Positions 42,077 through 49,524 of a stretch of 64,000 nt of DNA are shown piece by piece. The DNA lies in assembly GCA_021787445.1 (NCBI GenBank), contig JAJYLV010000004.1:17095-81094 (forward strand). Reading direction: 5' to 3'. The stretch comes from Chloroflexota bacterium. Lineage in GTDB: Bacteria > Chloroflexota > Limnocylindria > P2-11E. Every line of letters begins with the position of its first letter. Within the stretch, counting starts at the first letter, position 1. The notes under the pieces are model-generated. The model worked only from the letters and a program-made list of their open reading frames with translations. It ran no database searches and was not told where the DNA came from. A program made the translations under genes and the position numbers.

Positions 42077-43483
42077 CTAGATCGCGCCCTCGCGCCGCAG
42101 CGCCTCGATCTCCGCGCCGCTGTACCCGAGCTCTCCGAGGACCTCGTCGGTGTGCTCGCCCAGGAGCGGAGGGTGCCGGCGGACCGACGGCGGCGTGAGG
42201 TCCATGCGGACGGGGATCCCGGGAGCGCGGACCCGGCCGGCGACGGGGTGGTCGGTCTCGGCGATGAGACCGAGGTGCTTCACGACCGGGTCGTGGAAGA
42301 CCTCCTGCAGGTCGTTGATCGGCCCGACGGGGACGTTCGCTTCGCGCAGCCTCCGCACGACCTCCGCCTTCGGGAGGTCGCCGATACGGGTGGACATCGC
42401 GGCGACGAGCGCGTCGCGATTCCGTAGACGCGCACGATTGCCGGCGAAGCGCTCGTCGCTCGGGAGATCCTCGAGGTCGAGCGCGTGGCAGGCGCGCCCG
42501 AACAGGGCGTTGTTGCCACAGCACACGTTCACGTAGCCGTCCGACGCCTTGAACGTCTGATACGGCGCGATGGAAGCGTGGAGGTTCCCCTCGGGCCGCG
42601 GCACGGTGCCGTCCGCGAAGTAGCGTGCGGCCTGTCGCGAGAGGAGCGCCACCTGGCCCCCGATCATCGTCGCGTCGATGACCTGGCCCGTGCCGGTCCG
42701 CGCGCGCGCGTGGAGCGCGGCCACGATGGCGAACGCCGCGAACATGCCCGCGACCATGTCGCCCTGCGGGACGCCGACCATCGTCGGCATGCCGCCCGGC
42801 TGGCCGGTCAGACTCATGATGCCGCCCATCCCCTGGACGATGAGGTCGTACGCCGCCCACGCACGGCCGGGGCCGTCCTGGCCGAAGCCGGAGATCCGGC
42901 AGAGGACCGCGCGCGGCGCGATCGCGCGGATCCGCTCGGGCGGGAAGCCGAGGCGCTCGAGCGTGCCGGGGCTGAAGTTCTCGACGACGACGTCCGCGTC
43001 CTCGATGAGGCGCTCGAGGATCCTCTTGCCCTCCGCGTTCTTCAGGTCGATCGTCACGCTCCGCTTGTTGCGGTTGATGGAGAGGTAGTAGGCCGAGACG
43101 CCGTTCACGTCGGGCGGCGCCCACTCCCGGGTCTCGTCGCCGGTCCCGGGCATCTCGACCTTGATGACGTCCGCGCCGTGGTCCCCCAGCATCAGCGTGC
43201 AGTACGGCCCGGCGAGAGCGCGCGTGAGGTCGACCACGCGGATGCCGTCGAGCGCGCCCCCCGTGCCGCCGCTGATCGCCGGCAGCACCTCGATCGTGTC
43301 GCCGGCGCGCAGCCTCATCGAGGCCTCGCACTGCTCGCCGTTCAGTACGTAAGCGGCCGTCGCGCCGGTCGGTATCCCGACGGCCGACAAGACCTCGGCG
43401 ACCGTCAGTCCGTCACCGTGGACCTCGAGGACCTTCCCGGGCGCGAACTGGCGGAGCTCCCCGTGGAGGATGAGGCGGACCAC
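42077..43483 (-). CDS. fusion protein: N-terminal ThiS/MoaD-like beta-grasp domain (ends ...PAISGG) + family III CoA-transferase (CaiB/BaiF/Frc family)
   Basis: Residues 1-73 MVRLILHGELRQF...VAEVLSAVGIP...AAYVLNGEQCEASMRLRAGDTIEVLPAISGG fit the ThiS/MoaD pattern. They are followed directly by the CoA-transferase III N-terminus TGGALDGIRVVDLTRALAGPYCTLMLGDHGADVIKVE. No stop or start lies between the two parts. Confidence 0.75.
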   Translation of the reverse strand: MVRLILHGELRQFAPGKVLEVHGDGLTVAEVLSAVGIPTGATAAYVLNGEQCEASMRLRAGDTIEVLPAISGGTGGALDGIRVVDLTRALAGPYCTLMLGDHGADVIKVEMPGTGDETREWAPPDVNGVSAYYLSINRNKRSVTIDLKNAEGKRILERLIEDADVVVENFSPGTLERLGFPPERIRAIAPRAVLCRISGFGQDGPGRAWAAYDLIVQGMGGIMSLTGQPGGMPTMVGVPQGDMVAGMFAAFAIVAALHARARTGTGQVIDATMIGGQVALLSRQAARYFADGTVPRPEGNLHASIAPYQTFKASDGYVNVCCGNNALFGRACHALDLEDLPSDERFAGNRARLRNRDALVAAMSTRIGDLPKAEVVRRLREANVPVGPINDLQEVFHDPVVKHLGLIAETDHPVAGRVRAPGIPVRMDLTPPSVRRHPPLLGEHTDEVLGELGYSGAEIEALRREGAI

Positions 43484-43571
43484 TTCGGGCGGACGATACC
43501 CCGCCCTTCGCAGGGCGCCCGCCGCCGGTTACCGTGGGGACGTGAGCGACGACGCCGTCTCGCGCGCGCCT

Positions 43572-44228
43572 ATGGCGCTGCCGCTGTTCCCGCTGAACAG
43601 CGTGCTCTTCCCCGACATGCTCATGCCGCTGCACATCTTCGAGCCGCGCTACCGCCTCCTCGTGCAGCGGTGTCTCGAGGACGGCACGCCTTTCGGCATC
43701 GTCCTCATCCAGGAAGGAGAAGAGGTGGGGCCCGAAGCGATACCCCACCGTGTGGGAACGAGCGCCGAGATCGTCGCGCACGCCCCGCTTCCCGACGGTC
43801 GCTCGCTCATCACCGTCCGTGGCGGCAAGCGCTTCGAGATCGACTCGGTGCAGAGCGACGCCGCGCCGTACCTCGTCGGCCACGTGCGCTACCTCGACGA
43901 CGCGCCGGAGGAGGCCGCGCGCCGGCTCGCCGACGTCGTCGCGGAGGCGTACGCCGACTACGTCGTGGGCGTCGTGGCGGCGACCGGCGGCGTGCGGCGC
44001 GAGGTCCCTGTCGTCGACGAGATCCAGGGCGGCTCGCCCTGCGACGTCTCCTACCGCGTCGCGGCCGGTCTCGCCGTCGAGGACGACGAGCAGCAGATGC
44101 TCCTCGAGACGGCGACGGCGCACGAGCGCCTCGTCCGCGAACGGGAGATCATCTCGCGAGAATGCGCGCTGCTCACCGAGATGCTGGTGCGCATGCGCGC
44201 CCGTGGGGAAGGACCGACGCTGCACTAG
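43572..44228 (+). CDS. Lon N-terminal (LON substrate-binding, PUA-like) domain protein, stand-alone
   Basis: LPLFPLNSVLFPDMLMPLHIFEPRYRLLVQRCLEDGTPFGIVLIQEG matches the Lon N-domain/COG2802. Divergent from the ThiS-CoA-transferase operon. GTG at 43542 is an alternative start. Confidence 0.7.
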   Translation: MALPLFPLNSVLFPDMLMPLHIFEPRYRLLVQRCLEDGTPFGIVLIQEGEEVGPEAIPHRVGTSAEIVAHAPLPDGRSLITVRGGKRFEIDSVQSDAAPYLVGHVRYLDDAPEEAARRLADVVAEAYADYVVGVVAATGGVRREVPVVDEIQGGSPCDVSYRVAAGLAVEDDEQQMLLETATAHERLVREREIISRECALLTEMLVRMRARGEGPTLH

Positions 44229-44246
44229 CGGGCCCGCGGCGGATGC

Positions 44247-45821
44247 CTAGGCGATACCCTCGGCGAAGCGCACGACCCCATCGACCACCGTCGCGCTGAC
44301 ATGGAGGCCCGGCCAGTCCGGCGGCGGCACGCGGGCGAGGTCGGCCGATACGACGGTCGCGTCGCAGCGCTTGCCCACCTCGAGCGTCCCGAGCTCGGCC
44401 TCGCGGCCGAGCGCGTACGCGACGCCCGCGCTGTAGGCGCCGAGCGCCTCGTCCAGCGTGAGCGCCTGCTCCGGATGCCACGGCCCCGCGTCGCCCGGGC
44501 GCATCCGCGTCACGGCGGCGTGGATCCCGAGGAGCGGGTCGATCGGCTCGACGGGCGCGTCCGACCCGAACGCGAGCACCGCACCGCCGTCGCTCAGGCT
44601 CCGCCAGGGGTAGGCGCGCGCGGTGCGCGCAGCGCCCCAGTAGCGATCGGCGAGGTCGCGATCGCTCGTCGCGTGGATCGGCTGCATGGAGGCGACGATC
44701 CCGAGCGCGCCGAAGCGCGAGAGGTCATCGCTCCGGACGAGCTGGATGTGCTCCACCCGCTGTCGCAGCTGCGGGGCCGTGCGGCGCGTCGGCTCGATCG
44801 CGTCGAGCGCGACGTGCACGGCCCGGTCGCCGATGGCGTGGATGGCGACGGAGATGTCCGCCGCCGCGGCCGTCGCCACACGCTCCGCGAGCCGGTCGGG
44901 CTCGATGGTGAGGACGCCTCGGTCGCGCGTCCCTCCGTATGGCTCCTCGAGCGCAGCGGTCTGCGATCCGAGCGCGCCGTCGGTGAAGATCTTGAGCGGC
45001 CCGATCCGCAGGAGGTCGTCGCCGTATCCGGTGCGCAGCCCGAGCGCGATCGCTTCGTCGAGCCGCGCGAGCGGCAGCCCTTGGTGGATCCGCAGCCCGA
45101 GCTCGCCTCGGGCGCGCATGCGGTCGAACGCGCCCAGGGGGATCGTGCCGACGAAGTCGTCGAGGCATCCGATGAGCGTCAGCCCGCGGCGCCACGCCTC
45201 GGCCTGCCCGAGCCGCGCGAGCTCGTAGCGCTCCTGGGCGTCGGGCTGCGGGAGCACGCGGTCGACGAGGCCGATCGCGTTCTCCTTGAGGATGCCGGTG
45301 GGGGCGCCGCCCGCGTCGCGCTCGACGACGCCGCCGGGCGGCACACGGGTGTCGGCGCGGATCTCGGCGATCTCGAGCGCTCGCGTGTTGGTCCACCGCG
45401 CGTGGCCGTCACGGCTGCGCAGCGCCGCGGGGCGCCCGTGGGAGACGCGGTCGAGCTCCTTCGCCGTCGGCCAGCGTCCCCACGCGTTCTTGTCGAAGCG
45501 ACCGCCGAGGATCCATCGTCCCTCCGCGAGACCGCTGGCGTAGGCGTCGATCCGCGACAGCGCCTCGTCGATCGTCGCCGCGTCGCTGATGTCGATGCGG
45601 CTCATCTGCTGCGCCCACCACACGAAGTGGCAGTGCACGTCGCCCCATCCGGGGACCATGAGGCCGCCACGAAGGTCGATCCGCTCCGCGCCGCCGGCCT
45701 CCCGCGCGAGATCCTCCGCGCGCCCCACCGCCGCGACGCGCCCGTCGCGCGCGAGGAGCGCCTCCGCGCTCGTACCGCCCTTCACCTGAACGCGACCGCC
45801 GTGGAAGAGGACCGCGTTCAC
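44247..45821 (-). CDS. metal-dependent amidohydrolase (amidohydrolase 3 / YtcJ-like family)
   Basis: 524 aa. HxH metal motif (DVHCHF) and amidohydrolase_3 C-terminal motifs (FGSDAPV). GTG start overlaps the HAD gene stop (GTGA). Upstream track extension discounted. Confidence 0.75.
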   Translation of the reverse strand: MNAVLFHGGRVQVKGGTSAEALLARDGRVAAVGRAEDLAREAGGAERIDLRGGLMVPGWGDVHCHFVWWAQQMSRIDISDAATIDEALSRIDAYASGLAEGRWILGGRFDKNAWGRWPTAKELDRVSHGRPAALRSRDGHARWTNTRALEIAEIRADTRVPPGGVVERDAGGAPTGILKENAIGLVDRVLPQPDAQERYELARLGQAEAWRRGLTLIGCLDDFVGTIPLGAFDRMRARGELGLRIHQGLPLARLDEAIALGLRTGYGDDLLRIGPLKIFTDGALGSQTAALEEPYGGTRDRGVLTIEPDRLAERVATAAAADISVAIHAIGDRAVHVALDAIEPTRRTAPQLRQRVEHIQLVRSDDLSRFGALGIVASMQPIHATSDRDLADRYWGAARTARAYPWRSLSDGGAVLAFGSDAPVEPIDPLLGIHAAVTRMRPGDAGPWHPEQALTLDEALGAYSAGVAYALGREAELGTLEVGKRCDATVVSADLARVPPPDWPGLHVSATVVDGVVRFAEGIA

Positions 45822-46735
45822 AGGCCGCGTTCGACCAGGGACGGGATCTCGGTAAGGTCGCGGACGATCGCGTCCGGACGCACCCGAATGCCCGCCGGCG
45901 CCCCGCAGCCACCGCACATCACCGTCCCGTCGCGCAGGAAGAGATCCTCCGACGGGTGCTCGCAGCTTTCGGGACCGCGCCGACGCGGCTCCCGCCACGG
46001 GCTCGACGGGACATCGCCCTCGCGAGCCAGCGCGTCGGCGTAGTCCGACCGGCGCCAGATCCCGCGCATGCCGATCTGCTGCGCCCCCCAGACATCGGCG
46101 ATCAGGTTGTCGCCGACGTGGAATGCCTCCTCCGGACGCGCGTCCGCGATCTCCAGCGCCCGCTCGAATATCGCGGGGTGCGGCTTCCGCCAGCGCGCGC
46201 TGTGCGAGCTCACCACGCCGTACACCGCGTCCTCCAGGCCGAAGCACCGCCAGTCGTCGAGCACCTCCGCGTCCCCGCGCGAGAGGGTGTTCGTCACGAG
46301 AACGACGCGAAGTCCGCGGTCGCTGCACCAGCGGACCGTATCGAGGGCGCCGCGCACCGGGGTCGAGACATCCCGCAGAGGGACGCACATGAGCACCCGA
46401 AGCCGATCGAGGTCGAGGCCGTCGAGCTCGAGGCCCCGCCGTTGGAACCACGCGCGGATCCACTCCAGGGTCTCCTGGCGCGCGTCCTGCGGCGCGAAGC
46501 GATCTCCCCTTTCGTCCCGCGCCGCGAGGGCCTTCGCGAGCGGCACCGACCAGCCGGGCTCGAGGTGCGCGTCCATGAGATCGTCAAGCCACGCTTGCTC
46601 ACCGAGCTCAGCGCACACCTGCTCCCGCATCCGGCTCCGCAGCAGCTCCCGTGGCGCCCAATGCTCGACGAGCGTGTCGCCGACGTCGAAGAACGCCGCT
46701 CGCAGCGTCACCTGGGTATCGTACGGATCGCGCAC
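45818..46735 (-). CDS. HAD-family hydrolase with a Cys-rich C-terminal tail
   Basis: HAD motif I FFDVGDTLV, motif II VLVTNT, conserved Lys (KPHPAIF) and motif III HVGDNLIADV. C-terminal CGGCG. GTG start. An alternative GTG at about 46711. Confidence 0.75.
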   Translation of the reverse strand: MRDPYDTQVTLRAAFFDVGDTLVEHWAPRELLRSRMREQVCAELGEQAWLDDLMDAHLEPGWSVPLAKALAARDERGDRFAPQDARQETLEWIRAWFQRRGLELDGLDLDRLRVLMCVPLRDVSTPVRGALDTVRWCSDRGLRVVLVTNTLSRGDAEVLDDWRCFGLEDAVYGVVSSHSARWRKPHPAIFERALEIADARPEEAFHVGDNLIADVWGAQQIGMRGIWRRSDYADALAREGDVPSSPWREPRRRGPESCEHPSEDLFLRDGTVMCGGCGAPAGIRVRPDAIVRDLTEIPSLVERGL

Positions 46736-46737
46736 TC

Positions 46738-47187
46738 ATGATGGACTTCGAACAGCTCGCCTTCATCGAGAAGTGGCGGCAGCGGGCCTCCCGCGGCATC
46801 GTCGTCGCGCTCGACGGACGCCACGGCGACATCCTCATCACCGTGCGGGTCGGGGAGCTCGGCGAGCGCCTCGACCTCCGAGGGCGCGACGCCACCGGCG
46901 CGATCCGCAAGTCGCGTCTCACCATCGGCGACCGCGTCTTCATCGCCGTCGAGTACGCGGCGACGGACGCCCTCCCCGGCGGCGGCGGCGCGAGCGTGGG
47001 CGGAGGCATCGTGCAGCCGGGCGCGACGGTGGAGGGGACGCTCGTGTCCGTCGGCGAGATCAGCGTCGTTCAATGCGGAGCCGACGTGCTCGTCCGGGGC
47101 GACACGCTCGGCGGCTTCTCCGCGGGCGACCCCGTCCGCTTCCGCGTCGCCGAGGAAGGGAAGGCCTACATCATCCCGACCCGGTAG
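46738..47187 (+). CDS. hypothetical protein with internal two-fold repeat
   Basis: 150 aa from MMDF. High GC3 coding-like composition. Two similar halves (...GDRVFIAVEYAATDA / ...GDPVRFRVAEEGKAY). Convergent with the peroxiredoxin gene, with zero-nt spacing. Confidence 0.5.
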   Translation: MMDFEQLAFIEKWRQRASRGIVVALDGRHGDILITVRVGELGERLDLRGRDATGAIRKSRLTIGDRVFIAVEYAATDALPGGGGASVGGGIVQPGATVEGTLVSVGEISVVQCGADVLVRGDTLGGFSAGDPVRFRVAEEGKAYIIPTR

Positions 47188-47691
47188 CTACGGGATCTTC
47201 TTCAGCTCGTCCTCGATCTCGGCCATGTCGGGGACCTCGCGGAGCGCGTGCACGTCGATGTAGCGCACGATCCCCGCACGGTCGATCACGAAGATCGCCC
47301 GCTCCGGCCGCCCGACGCCCTCGTTGAAGACGCCGTAGGCGCGGGAGAGCGCGCCGTGCGGCCAGAAGTCGGAGCAGAGCGGGATCTCGACGCCCTTCAG
47401 CTCGTCGGCCCACGCCTTCAGCGCGTACACCGTGTCGCACGAGATGCCCAGCACCTGGACACCGTCCGCGCCCGCCTTCCGCTGAAGGCCGCCGAGCGCG
47501 GGGATCTCGCTGTTTCAGGTGTTGGTGAAGGCGAACGCGAAGAACGCGACGACGACCTTCTTCCCGAGGAAGGCGCCGAGCACGATCTCGCGCCCGTCGT
47601 GCGACCGAAGGGTGAACGCCGGAGCGGCGTCCCCGACCCTGAGGGTCGCCGTGTCGCTCGCGAGCTTCGTGCGTCCGACGGGCGCGGTCAC
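47188..47691 (-). CDS. AhpE-like 1-Cys peroxiredoxin with in-frame TGA at the peroxidatic position (candidate selenoprotein)
   Basis: Two adjacent track ORFs (47515..47958 and 47188..47454) lie in the same frame, separated only by TGA at 47515-47517. Joined sequence ...VVVAFFAFAFTNT-U-NSEIPALGG...VLGISCDTV...IPLCSDFWPHGALSRAYGVFNE...FVIDRAGIVRY aligns with AhpE/Prx (FFPLAFTGIC...). GTG start at about 47691. Confidence 0.65.
47455..47503 (-). promoter_or_regulatory. putative bacterial SECIS-like hairpin downstream of the in-frame UGA
   Basis: Starting about 13 nt after the UGA: CCCGCGC-UCGGCG-GCCUUC-AGCG-GAAGGC-GG-GCGCGGG. Two stacked GC-rich helices with a G-containing apical loop. Confidence 0.45.
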
Positions 47692-47709
47692 GCCCGCTAG
47701 AGTACCGGC

Positions 47710-47913
47710 GTGCCGACCGACGTTCAGCCCACGCGGATCGAGGCGGATCGCGCCCGCTTCCTCGCCTACCAGGTCGCATGTCCCTTCGACGGGACGCTGG
47801 TGGGCCCGCGCTTCGTGACGCGCGAGCAGCTCGACGTGCCCCCGAGCCCGCCGTACGCCGCGACGGTGCGCTGCCCCAACGACAAGCAGCTCTTCGAGGT
47901 GGTCTTCCGCTAG
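47710..47913 (+). CDS. hypothetical small protein (67 aa)
   Basis: GTG start, high GC3 and non-repetitive composition (LAYQVACPFDGTLVGPRFVTREQLDV...VRCPNDKQLFEVVFR). Divergent from the peroxiredoxin gene. Confidence 0.45.
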   Translation: MPTDVQPTRIEADRARFLAYQVACPFDGTLVGPRFVTREQLDVPPSPPYAATVRCPNDKQLFEVVFR

Positions 47914-47962
47914 GTGCCGGACCGGCGATGCCGGCGCCGCCCGCCCGCGGCGCCTCATCGCA

Positions 47963-48022
47963 TCAGAGCGGAGCTACTTCTTCTTCGCGCTCTTCTTCGC
48001 TGACTTCTTGGCAGCCTTCTTC
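47963..48022 (-). CDS. Lys-rich mini-protein (19 aa, MPAKKKAAKKSAKKSAKKK)
   Basis: ATG preceded by a strong SD GGGAGGGAGGUGAUCUCG. Co-directional with and 52 nt downstream of the HTH gene. Confidence 0.5.
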   Translation of the reverse strand, partial: EEGCQEVSEEEREEEVAPL

Positions 48023-48074
48023 TTGGCGGGCATCGAGATCACCTCCCTCCCTTCAAGCTGATCCGGCGGATCCC

Positions 48075-48365
48075 CTAGAAGAGCCGGCGCTGGCGCCCGG
48101 AGGTCGTCGAGACAGCTCCGGAACGCGCGAGCCACTCTTCGAACTCTCGACGAGGGATCCGCCAGACCCGACCGACCCTGACCGCGGGGATGCGGCCCGG
48201 GTCCGCGTCGTCCATCGCGCCGAGCCGGCGCAGGATGGTCGTGGGGTGGACGCGCAGGCGGCGTGCGACCTCCTCGGTCGTGAGGTACTCATCCTCGACG
48301 CCACCGGCTGCACTCGCTGCGTTCGCTGCATCTCCGGGCGCTGCCTGCTTCACCTGCGTGCACAC
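48075..48365 (-). CDS. small HTH DNA-binding protein, excisionase/MerR-like (BldC-like)
   Basis: LTTEEVARRLRVHPTTILRRL...PAVRVGRVWRIPRREFEEWL matches the HTH_17/excisionase-family fold used by BldC-type regulators. GTG start. Confidence 0.65.
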   Translation of the reverse strand: MCTQVKQAAPGDAANAASAAGGVEDEYLTTEEVARRLRVHPTTILRRLGAMDDADPGRIPAVRVGRVWRIPRREFEEWLARSGAVSTTSGRQRRLF

Positions 48366-48474
48366 ATTCTGCGGGCACTGTCAAGCAGGCGCTGCTGGGG
48401 CAAGCGCCATGCAGCCACCCGCGAACGGGAGTAGATCTCCGAGTAACGCGATCGGATATCCGTGAGGTGACGCA

Positions 48475-49374
48475 GTGCCCGAAACGATCGGCGACCGGCT
48501 CGTCCGCGGCGACAAGGGAAGCTTCCTCGACGGCCTGGGGAACGCCGCCGGCGCCGTCGTCGGCGGCTTCTACCGCATCGGGGGAACGCGCGCCCTCAAG
48601 GACGCGCTTCACGGCACGTGGCCGCTCCGACATCCGCTCCATCCCGCGGTCACGGACGCGGTCGTGGGCGGATACACGATCGTCGCCCTCCTCGACGTCG
48701 TCTACCTCGTCACCGGCGACGCGGCCCTCTTCCGCGCCACCGACATCGCGCTCGTCGCGTCGCTGATCTTCAGCCTCGGCGCTCTCGCGAGCGGCCTCAC
48801 CGATTGGAACGAGACCTACGGGAACGAGCGACGCCTCGGCGTCCTCCACGGGACGCTCATGCTGCTCATCAGCGTCGGCTACCTCATCTCGCTCTGGCTG
48901 CGCGTCGGCGGCGGCTCGCGCGACGCCGCGATCGGGCTCGGTCTCGCGTGCTGGGTCCTCCTGGGGATCACGTCGTACCTGGGCGGCGAGATGTCCTTCG
49001 GGTTCGGCACGGGCGTGGACCGGCTCGCGTGGTCCGAGGTCGGCGCGGACTGGGAGACGCTCGAGCTTCGCGCCGATGGGCTCGAGGAGCGCAAGGTCGT
49101 GCGCGCGCGGATGAGCAATGGCTTCGCCCTCGCGGTCGTCAAGCTGGACGGCGCCGTGCGCGCGATCGGCGCCGTCTGCACGCACGCGAGCGGTCCGCTC
49201 GACGAGGGCGAGCTCGTCGGCGCCGACGGGTGCGACGTCAAGTGTCCGTGGCATGGATCGGTGTTCTCGTTCCGCAGCGGCTCCGCCCGGCACGGACCGG
49301 CGACGATGGACGAGCCCGCATTCGAGACGCGCGTCGCCGCGGACGGGCGCGTCGAGGTGAAGCTGAGGTCGTGA
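48475..49374 (+). CDS. membrane-anchored Rieske [2Fe-2S] domain protein
   Basis: N-terminal polytopic membrane domain plus a C-terminal Rieske motif CTHASGPL...CPWHGSVF. GTG start. Confidence 0.75.
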   Translation: MPETIGDRLVRGDKGSFLDGLGNAAGAVVGGFYRIGGTRALKDALHGTWPLRHPLHPAVTDAVVGGYTIVALLDVVYLVTGDAALFRATDIALVASLIFSLGALASGLTDWNETYGNERRLGVLHGTLMLLISVGYLISLWLRVGGGSRDAAIGLGLACWVLLGITSYLGGEMSFGFGTGVDRLAWSEVGADWETLELRADGLEERKVVRARMSNGFALAVVKLDGAVRAIGAVCTHASGPLDEGELVGADGCDVKCPWHGSVFSFRSGSARHGPATMDEPAFETRVAADGRVEVKLRS

Positions 49375-49428
49375 TCCCCGTCGCACGCGCGACAGGCTCG
49401 AGGGTGACCCCGCTATCGAACGTTAGAC

Positions 49429-49504
49429 TGACGTTCAGCGGGGTGTGGCCCAGTCCGGTCCAGGGCAACAGTCTGGGGGACTGTAGATCGAGGGTTCAAA
49501 TCCC
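49429..49504 (+). tRNA. tRNA-Pro (anticodon GGG)
   Basis: Acceptor CGGGGUG/CACCCCG, D arm GCCC-(11 nt loop)-GGGC, anticodon arm ACAGU-CUGGGGG-ACUGU, T arm GAGGG-UUCAAAU-CCCUC, discriminator A. Confidence 0.85.
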
Positions 49505-49524
49505 TCCACCCCGACAGTAGATAT

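Noticed and set aside
47515-47517. Treating the in-frame TGA in the peroxiredoxin as a simple pseudogene-forming nonsense mutation
   Set aside because: Not fully excluded. It is disfavoured because the codon coincides exactly with the peroxidatic Cys column, both halves are otherwise intact and in frame, and a SECIS-like hairpin follows at the expected distance. It is reported as a selenoprotein candidate with this caveat.
48340-48400. TTGACA hexamer upstream of the BldC-like gene as a promoter -35 element
   Set aside because: It lies only 13 nt from the GTG start with no properly spaced -10 element. Isolated hexamers are too weak as evidence.
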